Below are positions 47,571-58,660 of a stretch of DNA of 64,000 nt, piece by piece. The stretch spans positions 310,001 through 374,000 of the forward strand of contig CBFFRQ010000080.1 of the NCBI GenBank assembly GCA_965644315.1, written 5' to 3'. The stretch is from Caecitellus pseudoparvulus. Taxonomy: Eukaryota > Protista > Bigyra: Bicosoecida. Under the pieces are notes generated by a model. That model saw only the letters and a list, made by a program, of their open reading frames with translations, did not search any database and was not told where the DNA came from. A program made the translations under genes and the position numbers. Position 1 is the first letter of the stretch. Each line of letters opens with the position of its first letter.

Positions 47571-49373
47571 ATGGCAGCAGAGGTGGCTGCGATCGGCTTG
47601 CTGTCCGAGGACTGGCAGGCTGCGGGGCCTGAGGAGGACAGCACGCCTTTCTGGTTGTGTCTGTTAAATGGCGATGGCGACGCGGTCTTTTCCCTTGTCA
47701 AGGACATGTCCAGCGACTTTGACGAGAAAGGTGAGCGAGACACCAATTTCCGCAGACTGAACCGTTGCATCGCACAGTCGAGCCCCATTTGTTGACCAGG
47801 AACCCTGCACGACCTTTGGCGCCAATTGAGCTTGAATGGAGATTCCGAAGTGGTCACGCTCCACACGAAGGGCTGTGCTGTGGCCATGGCCGGCGTGCCA
47901 GTCGCTGGCTCTCTTGGCACCCTGCTCGTCATGTTGCGAGGACGGGACGTGGACACGACAGCAGCAGAGCAGGCGCTCTCTGCCGCCTGGGCAGTGGTAC
48001 AGTTGCACATTGAAGGGGATGGAGGCTTGTCCTCCCCTGGTCCCGTATGGGCTGCCCTGGAGGGGCACCGGCACGCGCTGGCCCAAGCGGTGCAGTGGGC
48101 AGTGAAGGCCAGCCCCCTGCGTGTGCGGGGCGTGTGGAGTCACAGGCTCCGAGAAGTCCGGGCACTCCTCGAGTCCCTGTCGACGTCCATGGCAGAGGCG
48201 CTGGGCGTGTCACCCAGCACTGTCAAGCTGGCCATCGTGTCGGGGGGCTGCCTCGTGGAGGCGGCCTCAGCGTGGTGGACGGACCCGCTCCCCCTCAGCA
48301 TGTGCCAGCGCCTGCACGCGCCTGCCGCTGCCACAAAGTGGATTGTGGACTGGGCCAGCTCCACTCCAATAACCCCAAAGCCGCTTGCTGACGACTTGCG
48401 GTTCGCAGCTCTGCCATCCGCCAGCGTCGTGGTGCTCCCTCTGGCTGCGCATTTGCAGACAGTGCCAACGCCGCCACCCCCTACTCACGCCCTCCCCTCC
48501 ACTGCAAGTCGCTCTGGTGAATCGATGTATTCTCACTGCATAGTTTTCGGTGCGGGCCATGAGGACAGCACCTGTCGCCTGGTCTGTGGCGTGGCGGGTG
48601 TGGACTGCGACAGTATGGCCGCAGCCCTCGCCGCTGCGGTGGCTGCCACGCCCCAGCACGACTCACAGGCGGCTCTGCGCGGCCTTGTAGAGGTCGAAGC
48701 CCAGCTCCCAGACTCGGGGTCCCCGGCGCCCACCCTGGCGGAGTCTCTGGCCGACGCAGCTCTGATCGGGACCCGGCACGCTGACGCCTCCTCCGCTGCC
48801 TCCGCCCTGCCACCCTGGGCCCTCACTCCCTGCCAGCCATGGTGCCCGCCATGGCACGCGACCTTTGATCGGACGGGGGCCATGCCCATCTTGGCTGTCA
48901 TCTGCTCCCGGCAGCTGCCTGGCTGTCGCCTGTGGGTGGATGCGGCGTGGTGCATGGCGGGGGCGCAGGCGTGGCTGCCGGGCCTGTGGCGCCTTCACAC
49001 CCAGCCCCTGCCAGGGTCTTGTCACGAAGCAGCCCTCCATGACCAGCAAGGCGTGTCGCTTGTCACTGTGCGCCGCCCAGATTTGCGGTTTGCCGTGTCC
49101 CTGGCCATTGCCGCGCCATCTCCGTCCACTCCCACGTACATGCCACGCCAGGTGGGGCAGGCGCTCGCGTCGGCGCTGGTCAGCCCTGCTGTGGCAGTGC
49201 TGCAAGGCCGGGCGACAGTGTCCAGTGCCAAGCGCCTGCCTCCTGGCTCGTCAGCCAGCAGCGTGCCCTCCCTCGTGCTGTTCGCAGCGGCGCCCTGGTT
49301 CAAGGAGCGGCATGGGGTTGGGCACAGCACTGCCGCGTTCATGGTCACTGGCGGGCATGCATTGCACTCGTGA
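47571..49373 (+). CDS. Hypothetical protein, possibly with an N-terminal longin-like fold; 1 intron (about 47731-47799)
   Basis: The exon from ATG 47571 splices in frame into ORF 47826-49373. The pattern FWLCLLNGDGDAVFSL..GTLHDLW..VVTLHT..LLVML resembles Fuzzy/Mon1/HPS1 longin 1 (weak). Confidence 0.5.
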
Positions 49374-49390
49374 CGCGCCCCACCACCTAG

Positions 49391-50353
49391 CTACCAAAAC
49401 GCTACAAAGTTGCTGTGCCATACAGTGGCAGTGTGGGACGCCGGGTCAACGCAAACCAGGCAGAGGTTGTGTGGGCTGTCCCGCGCAAAGAGCCCGCTGC
49501 CAGGTGGCGCCTCGAGGCGGAACGCCAGCGACGCCACTTCGATGGCCCCTGTCGTGCTGTTCTTGAACACCTTCACCATGTCCTTGTATGTCGCGCGCAC
49601 GGCATCGCAGTAGGCGTCCCACGTGTCCTCGTACTGGCACATGGCCCCGCCCGTCACGATGCTGCGCATGAGTTGCCAGATGACTTCTTGCTTGTCCTCC
49701 TCCCCCCACACGTACTCGTACTCGGAGTCCTCGTTGATGAACACGTCGCGCAGCAAGTCCGAAATGGTGCAATCATCCACGACATTGTCCAGGCACTTCT
49801 GGATGTACCCAGTCTTGCTCACAATGCCTGCGAAGGAGGCGAGGCGCTTGGCATGCCGCCTTTGCATGTGCAGGAGGCGGGCCAGGGCGGCTCACCCTCA
49901 TCGAGCAGCCTGTCAAAAAAAGACATGGACGTGACTTTTGTGCTGAGCTGCTGCACGCTGATGTCCTGCACGGTGCCCGCCATCGGGGCGGCGGCTCCAG
50001 CTGGCTTGCAGTCAGCAAGCGCCGCCTGCAGCTCCGGCGCGTTCACAAGCTGAAGGAGCCAGCGCTGGCGTTCCGTTGGCGCTGTGGGGAACGGCCCTGA
50101 AAATGAAACCTTGCACAGGCCTAAGATCGCATCCAGATTCCTGAAAATGCAGCATCAAGGGGCGTTTCGGTGCAGCGACGTTTCCCTTGCGTTTCAGCTC
50201 GCCTCACCATTTGAGCAGGTTCTCCTTTGCCGAGGCATCGGTGAAGATCCAAGGGGAAAACGCAAGCTTCTGCACCTTCATTTCGCTTGCACCCTCCTGC
50301 TCCTCTGCCCCCTCCACTGAGATGGTCACAGAGGACTTGCTCTCGGCCGCCAT
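49391..50353 (-). CDS. CFAP300: Cilia- and flagella-associated protein 300 (C11orf70/DNAAF17), dynein-arm assembly factor; 2 introns
   Basis: ENLLKW, TSMSFFDRL..GIV..G.IQKC..ISDLLR..EDSE..GGAMCQYED..YKDMVKV.K, and HNLCLVCVDP. Confidence 0.9.
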
Positions 50354-50615
50354 GCTTCGCTCGCTGGCCAAGTGAGGAAGGGCTGCGACTGCCGCACACA
50401 GAGACGTGGCTGGGAACTACATGCACGCTCCAGCTCTGTATTCTGCTGTGCCCGGTGCACCATGAAACGCGGAGGGCAGGGTATTGTGACGGCCTGGCGA
50501 GTCTGCTGGGAGCTTGGGCCGCCTCCTTCCACCGACCAGCAACGCCTCCGACTCTCTTGGCAAGTGCCTGCCGACAGCACAGGACCACCCGGTGTCTAGC
50601 ACTATCCGTATCAGC

Positions 50616-51424
50616 TCATTCGTCGCCTGGAGAGGCAAACGCTGCGGCCAGCTGCGCCAGCTCGCCGTGGTTCTCGCCCTCCTCATCATCGCTCAGCGGC
50701 ACGTGGACTGAGTCCACTTGGACCTCATCCCCCTCGCCCCTACCGTGCAGAGCTGGGCGTAGGGCGGCCCCTTCTGACGCAGCACTTGTCCCTTGGTCTT
50801 CTGTTTCTGCCTCCTGCAGCTGCGGGCTTGCTTCCGTGCCAGAGGGCGTCGACACTGCGTGCAGCGCTCGCTGCCTCTTGGCGCCGGAAGGGGCGGCTGC
50901 GTCGCTGGCCCCCGCGCCACTGCTGCCGGACCCAGCCCCAGACCCAGACAGGCGGCGCTTCCGAGCCTTCTTCTGTCGGAATCCTGCGCAGAGACCTCCT
51001 AGGAGTGCAATGAAGGTGTGTGAGGTGCGCACAGGGCAGACGCACCCTGCACCAGACTGGCCACCTGAGCGGCAATGTCCTTGAAGCCAAAGTCGTGGAG
51101 CTCTGCCACTACATCATCAGCGGAGACAGTTTGTAGCTTCCGAGCGACTGTTCGATCGTTGGCACTGCAGGTGCAGGGACGAAGCCAGGGCTCGGCGTGG
51201 GCGGCGGCCAGCTGCGGCAATTGGCAACGGCAGGCGCCATACCTGGACGCAGCAAAGGACAGAAACACGAGCGCTGCATCGTGTAGGGCTTGCTTGGATG
51301 AAGCTGAAAACGTCATGTTCGTCCCGGCAGCTTTGATGCACTTGGCGATGCCAGACATGGGCAGCACAACACCGGCGGCTGCGGTGGCAGGGCTGGTTCT
51401 GGCGCCTGCGTCTATTTGAGCCAT
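50616..51424 (-). CDS. H2B-like histone-fold protein, DPB4/POLE3/NF-YB family; 2 introns
   Basis: LPMSGIAKCIK..FSASSKQALHDAALVFLSFAAS|SAN..RKLQTVSADDVVAELHDFGF, with an acidic tail. Confidence 0.8.
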
Positions 51425-51708
51425 GTTGGCGGTCTTGCAAGGGCACCTGGAAGCAGAGGGAAGCATGAGGGGGGAGGTACAATGCCTATCTCTGCGTTGC
51501 AAAGAGGTACTGCCCGCAAGCTGCACCTGGGTGGACTTCAGGTGCGTGGAGGCCCCCTCGGATACGAGGAGCCCCCCTCAAAAAGTTGGGCTGGCAGGTT
51601 GGCCAGGCATGCAAACTTACACACACTCATTCCCTGACTGCAAGCGCGCCTTTCAAGCAAGATCCGAGTTCTCCATTCATCTCAGAGACATTCACAACTT
51701 CGTCCACC

Positions 51709-52341
51709 ATGCAGGCAATCACAGACGTCAAGCGCTGGTGCCGGGAAGTGAGTGCACATCTGCGAGCCATCAGCGGCGCCACGCCAACGACCCCCCGCTG
51801 CGCTGAGCCTCTCTGGGGCGATTCTTGCACGCGGATTGGGGTGTTTTTGTGTTTATATGATGTGTTGTTGAGTTTCCGTTCCCCTTCATGGTGCCACGCT
51901 GGCTTCTCCGGCCAAATGCGGGTGTCAGCTGATGCGTATTGCCGCCACCTGATTCCGCACCTCACCACGTGCGCCGACCCTCCCACCCGTCGCAGAACCC
52001 GCTCACCGCAGGTGTCGGTGTCTGGAGCACAGGCATGGTGGGAACTGGTGCAGTGAGTCATGGCATGCGCGTTGCCGACCTTGCCGTGCCGCGCCTGGCG
52101 AGAAGAAAAAACCTGGTCTCCACTGCACGGCTACAATTCTCCTCGTCCGCAGTACGTGTACAGCCGCAAGATGCCCGTGGCTTTGAAGGTCATCACGGCC
52201 CGCATGTATGCACAAGCAGGTGTGGTCCTGGCTGTCTGCACAGCCGGCTTGGTCACGTACCTTGGCCAAGAAGAGAAGTCTGGGCCCAGCCAGTCCTCTG
52301 TGCAGATGCGCGAGTACAAAGCCGACGGAACGGCCCGATAG
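51709..52341 (+). CDS. HIG1-domain mitochondrial inner-membrane protein (Rcf/HIGD-like); 2 introns
   Basis: MQAITDVKRWCRE|NPLTAGVGVWSTGMVGTGA|YVYSRKMPVALKVITARMYAQAGVVLAV, containing the HIG1 K.I.AR..AQ motif. Confidence 0.8.
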
Positions 52342-53176
52342 CTCTCCTTTCTCGAGCAACACGTGTCAATCAGAGCTGGCTCTCTTGTGCACTGCCCTGC
52401 CATGCACTAATGTTGTGCTGTCGCCCTGCGGCCCTCAAGCGCCTGCCAGCGGCCTGCTTCTCCCATGCATTTCTCGATGTTCACTCACACTGCACCACCG
52501 TTGCCGCACATGCTTGCTAGCACTGTGATGTGGGCCAGCTTGCATGCGAGGCTCCGGGGCACGCTCCTTCTCCTCCAGCGCCTGGCCCAGCCACCCTGGA
52601 CCTCTGCGACCCCAGCACGCTGCACGCCGTAACTTACGCTCAACAGCCGCTTCCTGTGGCAGATCCACCCGCATCAGCAACTGGCACTCCCAGGCGTGCT
52701 CTGCTCTGCAAACCAGGGAGCACTAAATGCCTCGTGCGCTTGGCGCCCTGCTGCGCTGCAGATTGTGATGGGCAAACCCAGCTCGGCCAGCGCGGCTGCA
52801 GACGCTTGCCGGACGCTGATTCGACTGCGAAGCACGATGTCCTTTCCTTGGGAATGCAGATGTGTGCTGGATGTCACGAGCTGGGGCCATGCTGCCCCGC
52901 CCCGCATTGAATGGCTGCGGTGCGGAAGCTGTGGCGGGACCGCAGCACCACTGCTCAGCTGCCCAGGCCCCCCCCCACCAGCCCTTGGAGGCCGCTGCCT
53001 CACCATTTCGGCTTTGTTCACCCATTACACTTCTCTGCCACCTTTCCTTCTTGTGCCTGCCGCCTGCCAGCACGCGCCCGCGCCTCGTGCCGTATCACGC
53101 CAGGCTATTTGCCAGGCCTCCATTCAGCACGCCAGCTGCTCAGCCGTGGACTCCAGCCCCTTTCAGTCAAGCAAAC

Positions 53177-55477
53177 ATGCTGTCCAGGTGCGCCCCCAGG
53201 CCTCCTTATGACACGACCGTATCCTTCCTCACACTGCACCGCCTAGCACTCCGCTTGCCCCCTTCACAGAGTCACGTCAATGGTGTGTGCGGTATTGGCG
53301 CTCCCGCCACCCACGTTGCTTCCGCCACAGCAGTGGGGGCAAACGCCCCACTGCTTCCAAGCCCCCAGCATGAGCATGCATAGCACTGGGGCAAAGCTCC
53401 TCACCCCCCACCCGTGCTCCCTGCGCAGGCTCCCGTCGCACGCAGTGCGGTCAGCGGAGGAATGTGGAGCTTTGCCCGAGCCATGAGCACCATGAACTAC
53501 GCCTCCGGCTCCAAGACGCTGGAGTGAGTGCACGCGGCAGGTGGCTTGCACCCCACGTCTTCTTGGGAGGGCTTGCGTGCCTTTAGTGCCCTTTGGCGGT
53601 GCTGGCTGAGGCCAACCTTCTCGCACGCTTCTGATGCGCTGGTGAGACACGTCGCCCCACCACGCCTGCACAGGCAGTGGACTGGCCATGCTGAGCTGCA
53701 GGAGTGGATCAAGGAGAAGGTGGCGCTGTGCAAGCCCGACAACGTGCACCTGTGCACTGGCAGCGAGGAGGAGAACAAGAAGTTCATCACCCAGATGGTG
53801 CACGCAGGCACCTTCGTCAAGCTGAACGAGGAGCTGCGCCCCAACTCCTACGTGGCCCGCTCTGACACCGGAGACGTGGCCCGCGTGGAGGGCCGCACGT
53901 ACATCTGCAGCAAGGATGAGAAGGACGCCGGCCCCACCAACAACTGGCACGAGCCCGAAAGCATGAAGAGCAAGCTGGGCGAGCTGTTCGACGGGTGCAT
54001 GAAGGGGCGCACGATGTACGCAGTGCCCTTCTCCATGGGCCCCCTGGGTGGCCCCATCTCCAAGGTGGGTATCGAGCTGACAGACTCCCCGTACGTCGCT
54101 GTGAACATGCGCATCATGACCCGCATGGGCGAGGGTGCTCTGGAGGCCCTGGGGGACTCTGGCTTCTTCGTGCCTGCCCTGCACACTGTCGGCGTGCCCC
54201 TGGAGAAGGGCAAGGAGGACTCCCCCTGGCCCTCCAACCCCGACAAGTACATCGTGCACTTCCCTGAGGAGCGCTCCATCTGGTCCTACGGCTCGGGGTA
54301 CGGTGGCAATGCGCTGCTGGGCAAGAAGTGCTTCGCCCTGCGCATCGCCTCCGTCATGGCCCGGGAGCAGGGCTGGATGGCAGAGCACATGCTCATCATG
54401 GGCGTCACCAACCCAGCGGGTGAGAAGAAGTACGTCGCTGCCGCCTTCCCTTCGGCGTGTGGCAAGACCAACTTCGCCATGATGCAGCCCACCCTGCCGG
54501 GGTGGAAGGTCGAGTGCGTCGGCGATGACATCGCGTGGATGAAGTACGACGAGAACGGACAGCTGCGCGCCATCAACCCCGAGGCGGGCTTCTTCGGCGT
54601 CGCACCAGGCACAAGCGACGCCACCAACCCCCATGCCATGGAGTCCATGACCAAGAACAGCATCTTCACCAACGTCGCCATTACCGACGAGGGCGACGTC
54701 TGGTGGGAGGGCATGACCAAGGACAAGCCTGCCTCCGCCGTCAACTGGCTGCGCAAGGCTTGGACACCCGACTCCCCGGAGGTGGCTGCCCACCCCAACT
54801 CCCGCTTCACAGCCCCTGCCTCCCAATGCCCCATCGCGGACCCTGACTGGGAGTCCCCCGAAGGCGTCCCCATCTCAGCCATCATCTTCGGCGGCCGCCG
54901 CAGCGACACCGTCCCCCTGGTGTATGAGTCCCTGGACTGGAACCATGGCACGTACCTGGGCTCTGTGATGATGTCTGAGACGACGGCGGCTGCCGAGGGC
55001 AGCCGTGGCGCCCTGCGCGCAGACCCCTTCGCGATGAAGCCCTTCTGTGGCTACAACATGGCAGACTACTGGGGTCACTGGCTGGACATGGGTGCCAAGA
55101 CCACCCCTGAGAAGCGCCCCAAGATCTTCTACGTCAACTGGTTCCGGAAGAACGCCGAGGGCAAGTTCGTCTGGCCCGGCTTCGGCGAGAACTCCCGCGT
55201 CCTGGAGTGGATGTTCAACCGCACAAGCGCGGCAGGCTCCGAGGGCGCCAAGGAGACCCCCATCGGGTACATCCCAGACGTCGAGGGCGGCGCCCTGAAT
55301 GTCGAGGGGCTGGGCCTGTCAGACGAGACCGTGTCCGACCTCTTTGAAGTGAAGCCTGACGTGTGGAAGAGCGAGCTGGAGACGTACGCAGAGTACCACT
55401 CACAGTTCGGAGATGCGCTACCTGCAGGCATCAAGGAGCAGCACGCACGCATCGCTGAGCGCCTGGACCGTGCTTGA
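53177..55477 (+). CDS. PCK: Phosphoenolpyruvate carboxykinase, GTP-dependent, with putative mitochondrial presequence; introns 53188-53269, 53283-53428, 53524-53673
   Basis: [87 protein letters not shown] and VNWFRK. The enzyme call is near-certain; the 5' exons are inferred. Confidence 0.95.
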
Positions 55478-55665
55478 GCCTCCCCAATGTCATTTGTTCA
55501 CCACCCACCCCCTCACACTCGCCGCGCACTCGGGTACAGAAGACAATCAAAACACACCCCACCAGCGCGCCTCACTCACCTGCAGCCAGTCCTTTGCGGT
55601 GGAATCCCTGCGTGTTGCGTGCCGCTCGGGGGTGTGCAGCCAAGCCAGCAGCGCCCCACTCCACC

Positions 55666-57493
55666 ATGCCAAAGGGTGAGCCGCGCACCACCTCCGGCAC
55701 CCTGTGTCGCGCTGTGCAGCCTCAGCTCACGCCTCTTGCATGTGCAGATGACAAGGCTCGAAAGAGCTCAAAGAAGAGCTCCAAGAAGAGCTCCAAGAAG
55801 AGCTCCAAGAAGCCCGAGTGCGTGCCTGCCGTTGCAACCCCGCACAACGCCACCCCCACACCATGACAGCCCATCGCCGACGCAGGAAAGACACCGTCGC
55901 AGCTGATGCGGCTCCTGCACCCATTCAAAGCAGCCAGGACTTTGGTGCTGGGCAGCTTTTCGAGAGGTGCGCCACAGCCTGCCCCGCTTGCCCCCGCCGC
56001 CAACGGCACGGACAAGTGAAACGCCGCCGCACCTCAGGTACGCGACGGACGCTGGCGGGTTCATGGACCGCGGCGCATTCCAGCGCATGGTGAAGGAGTT
56101 GGGGATTCAACCGCCTGCTCCCTCAGCAGCTGGTGCCGCCCAGCCCCAGTTCACCCCCCGTACCGACTTCGACGCTGGCAGGCTCTTTGCTCGGTACGAC
56201 CGTGCGGGAGAAGGGCGCTTGGACAAAGCAGCCTTCCAGGCGCTCATGCATGACCTCAACACGACTGCAGGTGGGGGTCTTCCCAGCGCTGGACATGCTG
56301 GTGCTCCTCCCCTGCCCGGCCCTTTGCCAGGCACAGGTGTTGTCCCCGCGTTTGGGTACTCAGCACCGCAGCCAGCGCCATCCAGCCTGGAGTTTGAGCA
56401 AGGCCGACTCTTTCAGCAGTACGACACGAGCGGCGCCGGAACATTGGGCCAAGATCAGTTCCGGGCCTTCGTGCGGGATGCAAGGCAGGGACACTTGGGG
56501 CAAGGGCTGCCGGCAGCAAGCGCAGCTCCCCCCGCTCCCTCGGTCGGCCCTTGGGCTGCCGCACAACCCCCTGCATCGGCGCCGTATGGCTACGGCACCG
56601 GCATTTACGGGGGGGTCCCCCCAAGTACCTCCCTGGCGGTGATCCCGACAGGGTACAGCGCCGACCCCGGCGCCGCCCCCGACACCACCCTGGCCTCCCT
56701 GGGTGAGGCGTACCACACACGCCTGCACTCGCTGTCAGTGGCGGCCGCCAACCTCATGGCAAAGCGAGAGGCCATGCTGTACACCCTGGCCAAACTGCGC
56801 AGTCGGTCTGAGGAGGTGAGCGCCTCTTGCCGCGCTGTGGAGCGGGAGACACTGGCAGACACGGAGGCCATCCTGCACCGGCTGCGGTCGGCAGCTGCGC
56901 TGAAGCAGTCCCTGCTGCGGCACGACATGGACACTCTGGCTGCTGACGTGGCGGCGATCGACCGCTTCGCTGCGTCCCTCGCTGCCCACAGCTCCGGTCG
57001 CTCACCAACGCAGGCTGGGGACAGCATCGGCACACTGGCGGGCAGGGGCGTGTCTGCCTTGGGGGCTACTGGGGAGGTCGCGCCGTCTACCGCGCTGGAC
57101 TTCATGCGGGAGTACCCGGGCCTGTGTTCCGAGGCCGACAGGCTGCTGAGCAAGCCTGTGAAAGAGGAGGTGCCCGTGTCCGCGGACGACTTCGAGCGCG
57201 AGACGGCGTCCCGCCTGGCGCTGGTGCAGCAAGTCGCCGCGCTGCAGGAGCTCAACGACAGCAAGACAAGCGTCATCGAAGCGCTGCTGCGGGAGCGTGA
57301 GGCGGCTGCAGCCGACGTCGCCTCCATCACTGAAGCCAGCAACGCAGAGGTGCAGAAGTGGGTGGAGCTGACGGACAAGCTGACGGAGCAGCTCGCCAAG
57401 GCACAGGCTGGGCAGCATTTGTCAACGGAGGGTGCCGTGCCGCCCTTGGCACTGAGCTCGACTGCCGTGTCTGAGGCTGCTCCCGAAACGTGA
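55666..57493 (+). CDS. Protein with three dispersed EF-hand-like repeats and a C-terminal coiled coil; 3 introns
   Basis: Repeats DFGAGQLFERYATDAGGFMDRGAF, DFDAGRLFARYDRAGEGRLDKAAF and EFEQGRLFQQYDTSGAGTLGQDQF. Confidence 0.7.
55762..55812 (+). repeat. 12-bp coding tandem repeat AAGAGCTCCAAG x~4 (KSSK)
   Basis: Directly visible in the sequence. Confidence 0.9.
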
Positions 57494-57528
57494 GGGGTTG
57501 ACACAGACCAATGCATTGCCGCGGAAGC

Positions 57529-57933
57529 CTAGCGCGCTGCTGCTCCGTTGCCCAGCTGTGCGTGGGCAGCCTTCCAAGACTCGTCGGGGTCTTCACGGGG
57601 GTTGTAGAACAGCCCGTGGAAGCCCTTCCTGTACTCTGGCAGGTGCTCCGTCATGGCCTCGAAGCGATCCACACGGCGCGGGGCCTGTGTGTGGCGGTGA
57701 GGCAAGTGCAGGGCGCTCTGCGACGCGAGTTTGCAGGCTCTGGAAGACGCACTTCCCAGTTTGCTAGTGCGTTCACTGCTGCAGGGCCGACACCAATCAC
57801 AAGCACTCTGTGAGCGGGAGTGGGAGGCAGGCAACGTGCGGAAATGCGCGCAGCGCGGAGCATCGTGAAGCACAGCAGCTGCGTACAGGGCGGACATGGC
57901 CACGGTGGAAGGCAACATGTTGAAGTTCGCCAT
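57529..57933 (-). CDS. Small single-TM protein, possibly complex I subunit NDUFA1 (MWFE)-like; 2 introns
   Basis: Spliced product MANFNMLPSTVAIVLVIGVGPAAVNALANWEAPRRVDRFEAMTEHLPEYRKGFHGLFYNP... The pattern of an N-terminal LP, a TM helix and P.R..D.F resembles NDUFA1 (tentative). Confidence 0.45.
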   Translation of the reverse strand: MANFNMLPSTVAMSALYAAAVLHDAPRCAHFRTLPASHSRSQSACDWCRPCSSERTSKLGSASSRACKLASQSALHLPHRHTQAPRRVDRFEAMTEHLPEYRKGFHGLFYNPREDPDESWKAAHAQLGNGAAAR

Positions 57934-58660
57934 GGCTGGCGTGTTCGGGAGAATTGCCTGGGAGGTGGAGGCTTCCTCAAGGCACCCTCACCGCCAAGAC
58001 TCTGGGGTGCTCGGGAGGCGAAACTCCGCAGGCCACTGAGACCAAAGCAGACACGCCGCAGTGAGCTGCAGCGAAGGCGTGGGGTCTGCTGTTGAAGCGA
58101 CAAGTCGGTTAGGCGAGCAAGTTTGCAGCGTGAAAGTGATTGCTGCCAAGCCCGCACCAGTCGAGCGCTGCAGTGTGACACTCCCTCAATGTGTCAATGC
58201 GCTTGGCACTGGCGAATGTGCACACATTCAAGACTCCCACACAGCTCCGCCCCTGCTTGTGTAGCACTTGAAATAAGGCGCCCCTCTTGCTGCCCCCGTG
58301 GTGGACGAACTCTTGGAGTCCTGCTGCGGCGTACTTTATTCACTGGTCGGTCAAAATCCGCAGCCTGTGCCGCCTTTTGCCAACTTCCCTGTTCGAACGC
58401 ACACTGCTCGGCTTGGGACCCACGTTCTACGGCACTACTGGCCAGTGTGCAGTGCCTGGGCGCAGCTGGAGGCGCTTGCCTGGCTTCGCACGCCAGACCG
58501 TCAGTGGCCTGCCATACAGCAATTGCTCGTCTGAGCGGGCTGTGGCAACGCATCACCTGCTGCAGAGACCCAAGGCTCTTGGGACTGCATTGTGTCACCA
58601 CTTTGAGGCTTTGCAGGAGCTGTGAGACTGGGAGCTTCTCCGCCACCCTGTACGTCAAAC

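Noticed and set aside
47484-52364. AACACGTG shared between the FBPase promoter and the region upstream of PEPCK
   Set aside because: The second copy lies just after the HIG1 stop, about 800 nt from the PEPCK start, and CACGTG occurs repeatedly elsewhere in the window.
53264-54826. 520-aa antisense ORF over PEPCK, and similar shadow ORFs (35020-36849, 43594-45336, 9-863, 60437-61687)
   Set aside because: Expected by-product of strong G/C third-position bias on the true coding strand. They have no recognisable motifs.
22728-55812. Short tandem repeats (ADAA, EEASKV, KSSK) as a CRISPR-like or mobile-element signal
   Set aside because: They are in-frame coding minisatellites with no spacers, terminal repeats or transposase nearby.
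57934-58660. Longest divergent intergenic region, with short ORFs such as 58298-58534
   Set aside because: No recognisable domain or consistent splice model. Treated as promoter/UTR.
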